From Psammoneis japonica (taxonomy: Eukaryota), in NCBI GenBank assembly GCA_008632985.1, contig QPGO01000025.1, forward strand, positions 186,001 to 250,000: DNA of 64,000 nucleotides, read 5' to 3'. The position numbers and the translations under genes were made by a program. Below the pieces are notes generated by a model, which searched no databases, had not been told where the DNA came from, and worked only from the letters and a program-made list of their open reading frames with translations. Positions 23,941-35,306 of this stretch are shown here, one piece after another (the first letter of the stretch is position 1; each line of letters opens with the position of its first letter).

Positions 23941-26319
23941 GAGAAATCCTGCGTGAGATTGTGCCGGGAAAGGGCAATGCGGAGTGTGGAATTGATGGAA
24001 GAAAACATTGTGAAAACATGCATCAGGAGAAAGGGTGCATGCACTGGAAAACAACATGGATTTCTACACACACGTTAAGGTGCGTGAAGAACATGTGGGT
24101 GCCTTCAAGTGACGCATGCGAACAATCACAAAGAAACATTCGGAAATGGGGACAGCATGGAGAGAAGTCAGAAACATGGATCCAAAACAAAGTGACACAC
24201 GATGAAGGCGACGGTGACGGGATCGATGAAAAAGAAGGATTCGGATGGAAAGACGCCGGAGACGGTGAAAACAGGCGGCGCCAAGACGAAGAAGGAAGAG
24301 AAAAACAGGACAGGAAAAATGAAGAAAGAGAAAAAGAAGCAGACGACACAATGTCAAGAGGGGAGCAGCGATGCGATTCTGCGTTTCGAGGGACCTCTTC
24401 CTCTCGATGATGTTCACCCAAATGCAAGAAATGCAGTGTGGCTTTTTTGGAACGGTGACGAGGAAACATCCAACGCGGCAGCGGCACACTTGAAATTCTT
24501 GCAAGAGAGCAGACAAGACATGCATGGAATGAAGAGGACGATGTGGACGAACAGGCCAATTGGAGCACAGTTGTTGACCAAACAATTGGTGCACACTTTG
24601 CATGATGAAAATTTCATTGCATGCAATTGCAGTGTTTGGCTTGTCGTTGAAGATCGTCAGTTGTTGTGAAAAAGGCTGAGCATAAAAATTAAAAAGCATC
24701 TGTGTTCAAACATGAAGAACAGCAGGAAATTAACAATTGACCAAATGACAAAAACCATCATGTGCAGATGAGTGGATTTTATGACACAGCAACATGTTTT
24801 TGTCATGTGTGCAGACACTGCGATGTCGTGCACTCTGATGCGTGGTGCAAGTCTGTTGGTGCAAAATTCCAAACTGGGTCATTGTTGTCACTGTCTCTGA
24901 CATCAAAATGCAGCATTGCTCTGCAAGCTGGGACACATCACTCATCAGGGGCTCCCCCGCCCTTGCTCTGTTTCTGACACGTTGAAGCAAGATTCGTTGG
25001 ATGGAATGACACACAACAAGAAATGAACAGAAAAATGGAAACAGTGTGTCCACTCACATTGTTGCAATGTCTTTTCTCAGCACATCTTGAAAAGTTGAGA
25101 AGAAAGTGCCAACCGGCAGCTTGTCGCAGATGCCGCAGCCTTTGGCTTTTGCATCGGCATCGGGTGTGACATGTTGAGATGAGTTGGCTGCTTTTTCGGC
25201 AAACTCTGCCTTGAAAGCAAGCAGCAGCTCAGGATCCAATGCAGCACATTCACAGTTGGAGATTCTGGGTGTGTGCTCCTTTGTCTCCCTTCCTTGGCAG
25301 AAATGTGCCAGCAGACGCAAGATGATGAAAGCTGTTGCTTTCGCAGGCTTCAGTTTGCGCGATCTTTTCGATCCATCGAAGGATGATTCTTCCCCCAAAT
25401 GAGACAAACTGAGCTCACCATCATGATGTCAAGTGCTTGCAGTGGGCCTGTCAATGGCCTCTTCAGGTGGTGCGCTCACGCGTCGCTTGCCATGGCGGGT
25501 GATGCGGCCGGTGCTCATGGTTGTTTTTTGCGGAAGAATCTTGGAATCTGGGAGTTGCATGAAATGTCAAAATTTTCGTTTTTCCCTGCAAAAAACGCAC
25601 AGAATGTCAGAGAGACCTGCCTGCACGCGAGTGCCGCCACAGTCTGCACGATGCTGCGAAAGTTTGTGCACTTGCCACCAAAACGCTGCTCGCACTTTTT
25701 GCCAGGGGACATGCCACAGACACACAATGTTGCATTTGGCTGCAGGACAAATCCTGTGTTTTTGGGGCTCTGTTTGATTTGACAAAATGTCGAAATTCCA
25801 TGGAAGGTTTCTCAACAATTGCCTTTTTTCCCAACCAGTGCTGAGACAAAATGCCCCCAGAAATGCAGGTGGTTGTGTCTTCACCAGACCCCGCCAAAAT
25901 TTCTCGTTGAGAAGACAACCGACTGGATGGAATGAGAATGTTTAAATGATGTTGCACAGTGCGTGAAAAATGACAACCTGCACTCACTCAATTGGGTTGG
26001 CATGGTGACATCAAGCACTGAAATGAACGACAAAACGGTGCGATAATCGATGATGACGACACCTTCTATCGGTGCCTGCCTGTGCGCTCATTTTCTACTG
26101 TATTCAAATTTGTATATCCATACATACATCATAAGTAGTTGCTGTGAGCACATCACGTTGTCACGGCGTTTCTGCACGCATGATGATACGCATGGCACCG
26201 TACGTACGACTGCAAGAGACGCCGTTGAGTTCCCTTCTCGATCCCGAACTCCGATTTGAACCAGTCACGACTGTCTCAACCTCATCGCTTCGTGCGATAG
26301 TACAGATTTCAAATTCAAA

Positions 26320-26910
26320 CCCGCCAAATAGCTCCAACCGCCAAAACCAAAAAAGGCCTCTTGGGGGGACTGGGGCTAGAGACTATTTTGGATTATTGTC
26401 GTTCAAGATTCCCTTGCATACCGTTCCAAAAGCGTTCCAAAAGCGTTCCAAAAGCGTTCCGAGAACGTTCTCATATGCACTAATTCGCGCGGAAATCAAA
26501 CTTTGGAGCCGGTCAATTCGCCAATGAGACATGTGATGCATTGTAATTAGTGCACTATTGTTAGAACTATTTGAGTATGGCACAATAGTGTAAAAGTGTA
26601 ACAGATTATATGGATTTATTGCAAAAAGGTACACCCGTCAAAACAGGTTTCTATTTTCTCTAAGAAAAAGAACGGCTGGTAGAAGTCGCAATAATTTTGA
26701 GTTACAGTGGCTATAAGTTGAACTACAAGGGTGTATTGTAACTGCTAGTATTGTTTGACAATAAACCATATCTATAACAACCGCCAATAGCTCCAACACG
26801 GAAATACCATTCGACGAAATAGGCATTTCGTCATTCCCGTGTTTCCACCGTTCCGGGACCGTACCAAAAGCGTTCCGAAACCGCACCAAAAGCGTTCCCG
26901 AAGGGAATCT
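26320..26910 (+). repeat. Internal diverged direct repeats with an 11-bp tandem unit
   Basis: (cgttccaaaag)x3 at ~26422-26460, with variants at ~26850-26900. ccgccaa(a)tagctccaac occurs at ~26321 and ~26781. Confidence 0.75.
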
Positions 26911-27064
26911 CTCTAAAAGGCCTAACATCAAAAGATTGTTTTTAGACGTTGGAAACGAATGAGAACCCTGCCCGATAATACATGGAACCATCAATCCACC
27001 TACGGCAACAAAAACACTGCTGCACGGCAATGGCGCGGCATCAATCATTTTAGCACAGTGTAAA

Positions 27065-27580
27065 ATGTCAAATGCGCAACACACGACTGTACTACTCACC
27101 ATACAAATGCGCCTGCCCAGAGCCACAGTAGATTGTCTTGCAAGGACAGTCATTCAGAGGCAGACAAGATCGGAATGGATTTGGAACCAATGGGTTCGCG
27201 TCACACTTGAGCACTTTGCAGGACATGCAGTAGTGTGTGAGTTGTGGGGCCTTCTTCATGATGAAGGCAACCTTTCTCATGGGTTCCTGCCCACTCACTT
27301 GTTGTGTGCCCTTGTTTTCTGAATCTGCATTGTTCTGAAACCATTTTGCCGGGAATCTGTGGTGGAGCACACGAAGACACGATAAGAAAATGGTTTTGTG
27401 TCGGAATAGAGTTAATTGTAAATCTGGACTTGTTGCGTACCATCATTCCAATCTCTTTTTGAAAATCAACGTACTGGCATTAGCTTCACCATCTTATCAT
27501 CTTAGATTGACTGGTAACACAGGTTTATGGATGATAATGGCATGCACGGTGACGGTGGACGGCACTGACTTTCGCTTCGC
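27065..27580 (+). pseudogene. PIF/Harbinger-like DDE transposase, N-terminal remnant
   Basis: HFAGHAVVCELWGLL..PTHLLCALVFL..EDTIRKW..IDW*HRF..CTVTVDGTDFR. Truncated just after the first catalytic Asp. Confidence 0.75.
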
Positions 27581-27982
27581 ATCAACGAACCATCGCCGCG
27601 TTCGCCGTTCGACCCCATCTTCTATCTGGTGTCTGGTGTTCGCATAGCCCAAAATGCAACGTTTTAGGGGATGTGTAAAATGAATTATCGTCACGAAAAA
27701 ACACGAAAAAACACGAAAAACAGGGAAAAACGAAAATTTCGACATTTCATGCAACTCCCTGGAAGACATGCACAAACATTGAAAAAATGTGTGGGCGAAG
27801 ATCGACACTCGTTCGCGCGTGACATTTTTTTCTGCAGTGTTAGCTGCGCTACCACAACGTGCTTCGGGGATCTCGTGCCAATGGACTCACCGTCATCTGC
27901 AAGGTCATACTCTTCGCCGGATTTGTTCCATGACTGCGTGGCCGCCTGGGGAGGTAATACGTGTAGTAGGGAGCGAGCTTGA

Positions 27983-29363
27983 TTGCCATTGCGCCGTTTT
28001 TCAAAAAGATCCGCACTACTGACACCTGCTCCCTGGCTTGCTTGTTTTGTCTTTTCGATAGCGTGTATTGCCGCCCCCACGTCGGCCAACCTTCGCGCCC
28101 TGGCCAGGAAAGGGTTATTGTCGGAGCAAGCCGATTCGCAGCGTATCTTGACTTTACCCGTGTCCTTTGCTGACATCATCAATGTGTTTCTCAAGAACAA
28201 GGATATCATGCTCGAAATGTTTCAGGACGACCCGGGTATCCCCTACCACATTTCCGCACTCGAACTCTATAAGGAGCATTTCCAAGATTTGGACAGCCCA
28301 AGCTGGTTGTGTTTGATGACGAGCGGTCAGAAGAGGAACTTGTTTATGGAATCATCGTCAACGCGTGAGTTCCCACCTGATCAGCGTCAGCGCTGTCTTA
28401 TGCTTTCTCAATTCATCCTGGTTACTCACAAAGTCAATCATTACTCTGCTTCCAGTGAGAAGAAGAAAACCACATTGACCTTTCGAGGTTCCGTATCCAA
28501 GAGAGACTACGAGGCCGATTTTAACGTGCTGATGCGCACGATGGAGGACCAACAAGGCCAAACGGTCGGTGTGCATGCAGGCTTCAGCGGTAAGCCTACG
28601 TTTGCTGCGCCGAATGTTGCTTGTTCAACAAAGCAATGAAAGTGGATAGCTCACTTGTCACTTTCCGTTACGTACTATGCTTTCAGAATACCTGTTTGGC
28701 ACCGACAAGAGAGGCAGCAACAACAATGCAGAGTCCAAGTTTGATGAAATCCTCGACAACCTACGCTCCCTGATGGAGCAGTATCCAGACCATCAATTGT
28801 ACGTCACCGGCCACAGTTTGGGAGGATCCCTGGCTCTTTTGGCGGCATCTCGGTTGGCCACAATCGATGACATTGTTCGTTCTGCTGGTGGTGTTCCCGT
28901 CAAAGTGTTTGGGTTTGGGGCCATGCTGGTGGGTGATCTACGATTTCTTCGTTCTTTCCAAGAGCTGGAGCGACGAGGCCGCATTCGTAGCGTGGTCTTT
29001 ATGAATAAGGGAGACATTATACCGCTCCTGCCCTTCTCCTCGGGATGTGTGTACTATCGGTCCGCCGGTAAACGGGTGCTACTCTTTCAAGACCCGAGAC
29101 GACCTATCGTGTACTCTCCACCAGAGTTCTGTATGTTCAACAAAATGTGCTTTTGCCTGTCTTGCTGTCTGAATATCCCCGGCCCAATGTGTTTTCGCTT
29201 TGCCTTCATCCTTTGTTGTCGGCGTCGGTTCTGGCAGCATCACACCGTCAGCGCCACGATGGAAAACTTGGCTGCCGCAGAATCCCATCTGAAAAACATG
29301 ACACTTGAAGGTCTCTACGAAAGGCATCCAACCAGTGGACGATCTACCTCTGCTGCCTCTTAG
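27983..29363 (+). CDS. Class 3 lipase; intron 28590-28686; true start uncertain (possibly 27881 with a frameshift)
   Basis: TLTFRGS, VHAGFS|EYLFG across a GT-AG intron, nucleophile elbow VTGHSLGG, and DIIP. Confidence 0.88.
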
Positions 29364-29759
29364 ATGAAAGATATCTTATGTTTCGAAATAGAATTTAGTG
29401 CTCGTAGAGAAGAGGAGTAATAGATGTTTACACGGCTTTTGACTAACAGTTGTCAAGTAAGCTGACGATCGGAAACCTGAAAACCAGAACGAGGGTTACG
29501 ACTTCAACGCAAGATGTTCAAGAATGTGCTTGCCCGGATTCTTATCTTTCCCCCCTCCCTTTTTTGTTGGTTTTGGGTGTATGCAATTAATCAGTATAAG
29601 GCGTCCATAAAACCCCATCTTATGCATGCAGCAGACCTTTTCTTCGCTCCTCTCTCGCGTTGCGTGTGAAAGCTTTTTTTCCGATCTGAAGATAAAAGGT
29701 AATCCATCAGTTCTAGAATCTGTAAAAGTGGGTATCCGGAATTATGTGCAGAAGTATTC

Positions 29760-30020
29760 CTAAAACGCTCGGTCGAGCGGGAAGGACGACTCATAGACAT
29801 TGTAAAGGCAGCAGTCCTCAAAACAATCTTGAATCATTTTTGCATCACCCCAGCAGCAATCCTTCATGATGTGACCCAGCTGCGCAATCTGCCCTTGACC
29901 AAGTTGAGGCTGCTTTTCAGTCGTCCGCTCCTTCCTGACTAGCACAAGCTCTCGACTCTCGATTGTGACACCTCTTCCTCCAAGACTTTGTGGTCATTGT
30001 TTTCATTTATGTCAATCGTC
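29760..30020 (-). pseudogene. Degraded, truncated paralogue of the 1487-2026 gene
   Basis: QIAQLGHIMKDCCWGDAKMIQDCFEDCCL vs QIAQLGHVMKDCYWGDAKTIQDCFKDRYL. Confidence 0.85.
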
Positions 30021-30297
30021 ACAGCGTCTTCTCTTGGAAGGTGGCGCAAGCCATTACCGATGTGCTGTCGGCACTTGTCGATGTCGAGGCGCTGGTTGTG
30101 GTGAGTGGCGGTTTTCCCGCCAAATTTGGTCGCAGTTCACGACCCAAAACACGTTTGAAAGATTCCCGCCAACAATGTTCAACATTGCGGCACGACTTCT
30201 GCGGTGCCGGTAGATGACACGGGCATTGGGAACCGCTTGGCATTGTCCTTGTTGCTTGCTTTCTCAGATTGGCCACTGGAAATTGATCAATAAAAAA

Positions 30298-31053
30298 ATG
30301 AAGTCGCTTCGGATGAACCTGTTTCTGTTTTGCTGCTTTCGAGTTGATCTTGAGGCGGTAGAAGCTTTTGCTGTGTTGTCTCCAAAGCGCACCTTCCGGA
30401 GTCGCAATTTCATGACTGAAACCAATATAGCACCTACACAAGTGAAAACTGGGGTGAACGAAATCCAGGAAAAGTTAAATGATTTGATAAGTTCTACAGA
30501 TCGCGGGAGGTCGTGTTCCAAAGAACAACAAGCGGAGATTGAGCAATGGCTAGAACGACTCGACGCCTTGTCAACATTCGACGAACCGAACCGCTCTCCC
30601 CAAACGGGTGGAGAATGGATTGTACAATACACCACAGCCCCCCCTCCGTCAAATGGAGTGCTTGGACCATTCAAGGGAGAAGCTCGACAAGAAATTGACA
30701 TGGAGAAAGGCACGTATAGGAACATTCTGATTGTGCCTCCAAACGAATGGTTGGGTGCAGTACTGGACGCGACATGGGAAGAATGGGATGGAGACTTACT
30801 CCCTGATGAGGGTGGTATTATTCCAACTAACCAAGAGACAAAGCAGAGCGGAGACTTGGGTGCTACCTGCTGGAAAGTGACGTTTGAATGCCTGAGTATC
30901 AAATTGTTTGGCTTTCCAATCGTTACCCAAAAGTTTGACAATGTCCAACGAATCTGGAGAACAACTTATTTGGACGAGAAAAGAAGAGTCGTAAGAGCAG
31001 GACGAACAGGCCTCCGAGACGATGAAATGATCTTTTACATGACTCGGGCATAG
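30298..31053 (+). CDS. Plastid lipid-associated protein / fibrillin family
   Basis: Signal-like N-terminus ending VEAF; LISSTDRGRSCSKEQQAEIEQWLERL..GEWIVQYTT; C-terminal WRTTYLDEKRRVVRAG. Confidence 0.85.
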   Translation: MKSLRMNLFLFCCFRVDLEAVEAFAVLSPKRTFRSRNFMTETNIAPTQVKTGVNEIQEKLNDLISSTDRGRSCSKEQQAEIEQWLERLDALSTFDEPNRSPQTGGEWIVQYTTAPPPSNGVLGPFKGEARQEIDMEKGTYRNILIVPPNEWLGAVLDATWEEWDGDLLPDEGGIIPTNQETKQSGDLGATCWKVTFECLSIKLFGFPIVTQKFDNVQRIWRTTYLDEKRRVVRAGRTGLRDDEMIFYMTRA

Positions 31054-31458
31054 TGTAGGAGGTGGGATTGCTGTTTTCATTTTGTACTTCATCTTTTGAC
31101 CTTCGAATTATTTCTTGCAGAAGAAATAGTGATAACCGCACCAGTACATACTCCCTTAGCTCTGTCCACAAGTTTGCGTTCCTACCTTTGGATTAAAAGA
31201 GACGATTGGATGGTCCATCGCACATTGGATTTGAAGATTGAGATGAGCGTGACCATCCTACATACACAAAGGATTTCCAATAACGTCACCCGGAAAGTCA
31301 TCCACTCACATCATACATCATTGTGCATTGTGCGGATTTCGATTGTGGTCATCGATGATCGATGCACGAAGGCTGAAGTTGTCACAATGAGAACAAACTG
31401 CATACCTGGTAGCACGAAAGAGCAACAAAGATCCATCAGACTAGAAAAGTTAAGAATC

Positions 31459-32408
31459 ATGCGAACATTGGCGGTGATTTGTTGCCTGATCAGTTGGAAA
31501 ACAGTATCTGCGCAAACTACCATAAAGGGTGCACCCGTCGAAAAACAAAGTTGTATTGACACGGCATCAGATACGTGTTCATCACCAGTACCGTCGAAGC
31601 CCGGTATAGATGAGAATGAGTCGTTTGCTCAGATGGATAATGAGAACAAGGAATCGTCTTGGAAGTGGAAACCGGAGGCAGAACATCGTTGCAACATTGA
31701 ACGATTGACGTACGACGAGTTGTTTGAAAATTTGGGCCCTCTGGAGTTCCAGCGCTGTATCACAGTCCCTTGGTAATACGAAACAATCCAGGATCAAACA
31801 AAACAAACCAACTCATCATCCAAAAGACGAGTCAGAACAAATCGTACAATCTTTTCCAACGGGATTTCAAGTCACTCTTTCTTCGGCAAACTCGTACTCG
31901 GCACGTCGACGCACCATTCCTCTTGAAAATTACATTCAGGAAGTCTTGTCTTCTGAAACACTACCTCATCACCGATCAAACGAGACGTGGTATTTGTTCG
32001 GCGAGACCATTCTCGGACGAATGGAAGGAATTTCTCAAAGAATATGAATTGCCACCGTGTCAAACTTGCACTTCCATGGACTTGGTTGCGCTTTCGTTTG
32101 GTATCGGTAACTTGGGATCTGGTGCTCAATGGCATATTCATGGTCCTGGTTTCTCTCATGCTCTTCATGGTCGCAAACACTGGGTCTTGTACCCACCAAA
32201 GCAAAAACCAATCTATCATCCCGATCAAACATCGCGAAACTGGATGGAGTACACTTACACAAGTCTCAAAGAGTCTGAGCTTCCTTATGAATGCACTTTA
32301 GAGCCTGGTGACCTTATTTATTTTCCTGATGAATGGCATCATGCTATTATCAACCTGGACAGGTACACTGCGTTTGTTTCAACATTCACGACAGAACACA
32401 ACGTGTGA
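31459..32408 (+). CDS. Secreted JmjC/cupin-domain protein; about three frameshifts in this sequence
   Basis: Signal peptide; VTLSSANSYS..WYLFGET; SFGIGNLGSGAQWHIHGPGFSHALHGRKHWVLYPP..ECTLEPGDLIYFPDEWHHAIIN. The pieces lie in different frames. Confidence 0.8.
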
Positions 32409-33286
32409 CACTGGATTTTAGCTACTGTCAGGACAGCCTGGAGAGAGTTTGTCTGTAGAATTTCTCTCTCTAGAGTGTTGTACAATGACCAAGAAACTAC
32501 TGCTTTTCTGCTCTACTAGAGGTTATGATGAAGTGAATTTTAGCTCTGGAGAGACACAAGTTCACAGGATTGGACTCGTGATTCAAAAGATACATAGACG
32601 ACGCAAAAAGGACGGGGGGCGGGCATTGGATTTCATCACCTGCGAACGGACTCAAGTGTAAACTAGCACAAAGCTTTCAGGTGTCTTCTATTTCCTCTGC
32701 TTCCATCTTTTGGATAGATTTGCGCTCCTTCGCTTACCCGTTCATGCCGTAACGACGTTGTGGTTTAAACATTCATCGTTACGGATTCCGAGTAACGTAG
32801 CGAGACACTCACTCACACAGTATTTCGCTCTTTTACGCAGAGTTGCATGCACAGAGTTGCATGATCTTGTGTCGTCTTCAAAGCAGACTTTTTTCATTTT
32901 GACTTATTTGTGTTGGCCTTGAGGACTGGGGCACGGGTCCATTGGTTGTTTACAAATTCACTGAAGCAACCTGATTCCCCCCTGCTAAGTTGCTACTCTA
33001 CAGGGCTACCTCTAGCTAGCTAGAGGAGTCTCTACTCTACAGTAGTAGAGCTTGATCCATTGGATGGCAGTTTCAAGTTAGGACTACCGGTAGTTTCTAC
33101 GGTACGGTAAATTTTCGAGTTGCGCTTTGCGCGCGTCTGTCTGTTCGTCGGCCACATTTTTTTCATTTTTTGCCATCAACAACGATGATGCGGTGTTGCA
33201 ATCGATCAGCTTACTATTATTCAACAGTCTTATCAAGCATGTCGCAATCCTGTAGGAACTCAAGGAAGACGTACAGAGTTTAGAAA

Positions 33287-34633
33287 ATGATGCGTTACTT
33301 TGGAAAGTCGAGAGAAAGGTTGATTGCTACTTTCGTGGTATGTTTGACATGGATATTCTTCTTGCAACCAAGCTTTGCTGTAGTGTCGGCGTTTAGTGGT
33401 TCGAAGCCGTCACTAAAGTCGGCCCAGAAGCGAAAAAGAAGGAACCATCCATCCACATCACAATTATTGGAACGTTGTTCTACAGCAAGAGAAGTCTTGC
33501 AACAAGTTGGAAAGAAAATCGACACCGAATCCGATCCTGAAGGAATGTTGGCCTCGTTGGTGTTAGTGCGGCTCTCAAAACTGCTAGTGACCTTGGACAA
33601 TCGACAGAGGTACCACCGCACACTTTCTCAGCTTGATGGTGATGCAGATGATGCAATTAACGAGTTTAACTGGGTGCTACACGAAGAACAAAAGGCTATT
33701 TGGAATCGGATTGTCAACACAATGTCTACAGCTCTGCAGAAGGACTCACTGCTACAACAGGTGAATCTAGAAGGAATGGTGGAGGGCACCAAGGCGGCGG
33801 CAGTTATCTCTCGTATATTTCCCGAGCTTTGCAATGTATGGGAACCACTTGCCGAAAGTTGGGCTGCACAATCTCTCAACGTTGCGTCGGAACTACAAGC
33901 ACACCAACTTTCTGGGCTGAAATGGGCTTATGAATGCTGGAATCTCAAAGGCGAAAAACGGAACGAGTCTTGCTGGAAGGAGTTCCCGCAACCAATTCAA
34001 GAAGCATATAATGAGTTACGATTACCCTTTCGAATACGCCCGAACTGTTTAAACAAGATTCGTAATGAGTTGACTGTGCCAGTTCTGGTCAATCAGGTGA
34101 ACTTTTGCGTCGACGACATTCGTGCCGCATCCAACCGAGTCGTAAAGGAACGACGACAAACCGCATGGGAAGGGGACAAGGGCGTTGCCAATTTTGAATA
34201 TTCGGGTAAATCCATGAAAACCAACGCATGGTCTCAGGCAGTGCGTCTCGCTAGAGATAAAGTGCACGATATTACAGGAGTGTACTACGATGGCTGCCTT
34301 GTCAACTTGTACCCAGACGGAGGCAGTGGTATGCGGTATCATATCGATCCAGACCAAGGTATTTTATGGGAATCTGAAACGGCGGTCGTAAGCATTGGCG
34401 CAACCCGTAGATTTGCTTTTCGGCCCATTGTGTTGGCAGCCAAAGATGAGAACGGAAATGCTTTGCCGCCTACCCAACCTCATACCTTTACTCTGATGGA
34501 TGGAGATGTAACGGAAATGTTTGGTGATTGCCAGAGACGATTTCAGCATACGGTAAAGAAGGCTGTCGACAAGCGCGAGAAACTTCCTCGAGCCAGCCTC
34601 GTGTTCAAAAAGACTTTTGTTGCGTCGGCATGA
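33287..34633 (+). CDS. AlkB-like 2OG-Fe(II) dioxygenase with N-terminal targeting peptide
   Basis: ERRQTAW..FEYSGK..CLVNLYPDGGSGMRYHIDPD..VVSIGATRRFAFR..HTV..RASLVFK (HxD..H..R). N-terminus ends VSAF. Confidence 0.88.
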   Translation: MMRYFGKSRERLIATFVVCLTWIFFLQPSFAVVSAFSGSKPSLKSAQKRKRRNHPSTSQLLERCSTAREVLQQVGKKIDTESDPEGMLASLVLVRLSKLLVTLDNRQRYHRTLSQLDGDADDAINEFNWVLHEEQKAIWNRIVNTMSTALQKDSLLQQVNLEGMVEGTKAAAVISRIFPELCNVWEPLAESWAAQSLNVASELQAHQLSGLKWAYECWNLKGEKRNESCWKEFPQPIQEAYNELRLPFRIRPNCLNKIRNELTVPVLVNQVNFCVDDIRAASNRVVKERRQTAWEGDKGVANFEYSGKSMKTNAWSQAVRLARDKVHDITGVYYDGCLVNLYPDGGSGMRYHIDPDQGILWESETAVVSIGATRRFAFRPIVLAAKDENGNALPPTQPHTFTLMDGDVTEMFGDCQRRFQHTVKKAVDKREKLPRASLVFKKTFVASA

Positions 34634-35306
34634 AGGCGACATCTGGCATCTGAATCAACGGAATTACACTGTCACGACGTTTTCGTAACGACGGATGATC
34701 CGTATTAATGATATTGCGTCTGATAGACGCCACAAATCATTTTTTCTGAGCGAGGAATCGATCGAAGCGTGAGCGAGACCGTTTTCCTATCTTCTGCGCT
34801 CGTCTTCTCATGCACAGATGAAACAGTACCGACTGTACGTAGGCTCACAATAACACTTAGAAGTCTTTCCTCTAAACTATGATTTTGTAACGATTTTTTA
34901 GATGATGAAGATAGTTTGGTGCTTCCATCTTCTCCGAAAGCTGGCAGATGGCGAATTGAACTCGCGCCAAAAATGCCACGGAATTCATCTGCCCATTCGC
35001 GCCCGCCATTCCCGCGAAATGATGACGTGGCGCCCATTGGGTGGAATGGCCCGTCTGATCCGTTTGATTCAATCCTAACTCCCATAATGATGACGTAGTA
35101 AGTACCTAAATGCTGACGTATTTAGTTCATTCGTATCCGATGATAATATATATTTTTGTCACGTGGAAACTGCGTGAAAAAGATACTGAAAAACACGCGT
35201 ATGTACAATTCTACGTAGACTCCAGTTTCGAAAGTGTTCGAGGTTGATCTTGAATGACACAGCAAGCTTCTCTCATAAATTTGCAAAAGCGACAGAAGCG
35301 TGATAG

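Larger units (their letters stand above)
13870..26040. other. TpA-depleted island B (CpG partly retained)
   Basis: TA nearly absent apart from small patches at ~14160-14240 and ~14790-14860. CpG is still common in 19.4-24.5 kb. Confidence 0.9.
25550..27759 (+). mobile_element. Internally deleted PIF/Harbinger(IS5-like) DNA transposon
   Basis: 39-bp inverted repeats (gggagttgcatgaaatgtc.aaattttcgtttttccctg, 1 mismatch) at 25550-25588 and 27721-27759 enclose a transposase remnant. No clear TSD. Confidence 0.75.

Noticed and set aside
26410..26470. CRISPR-like array
   Set aside because: Contiguous 11-bp tandem units without spacers, no cas genes, and a eukaryotic context. The 34-bp and 85-bp duplications also lack spacers.
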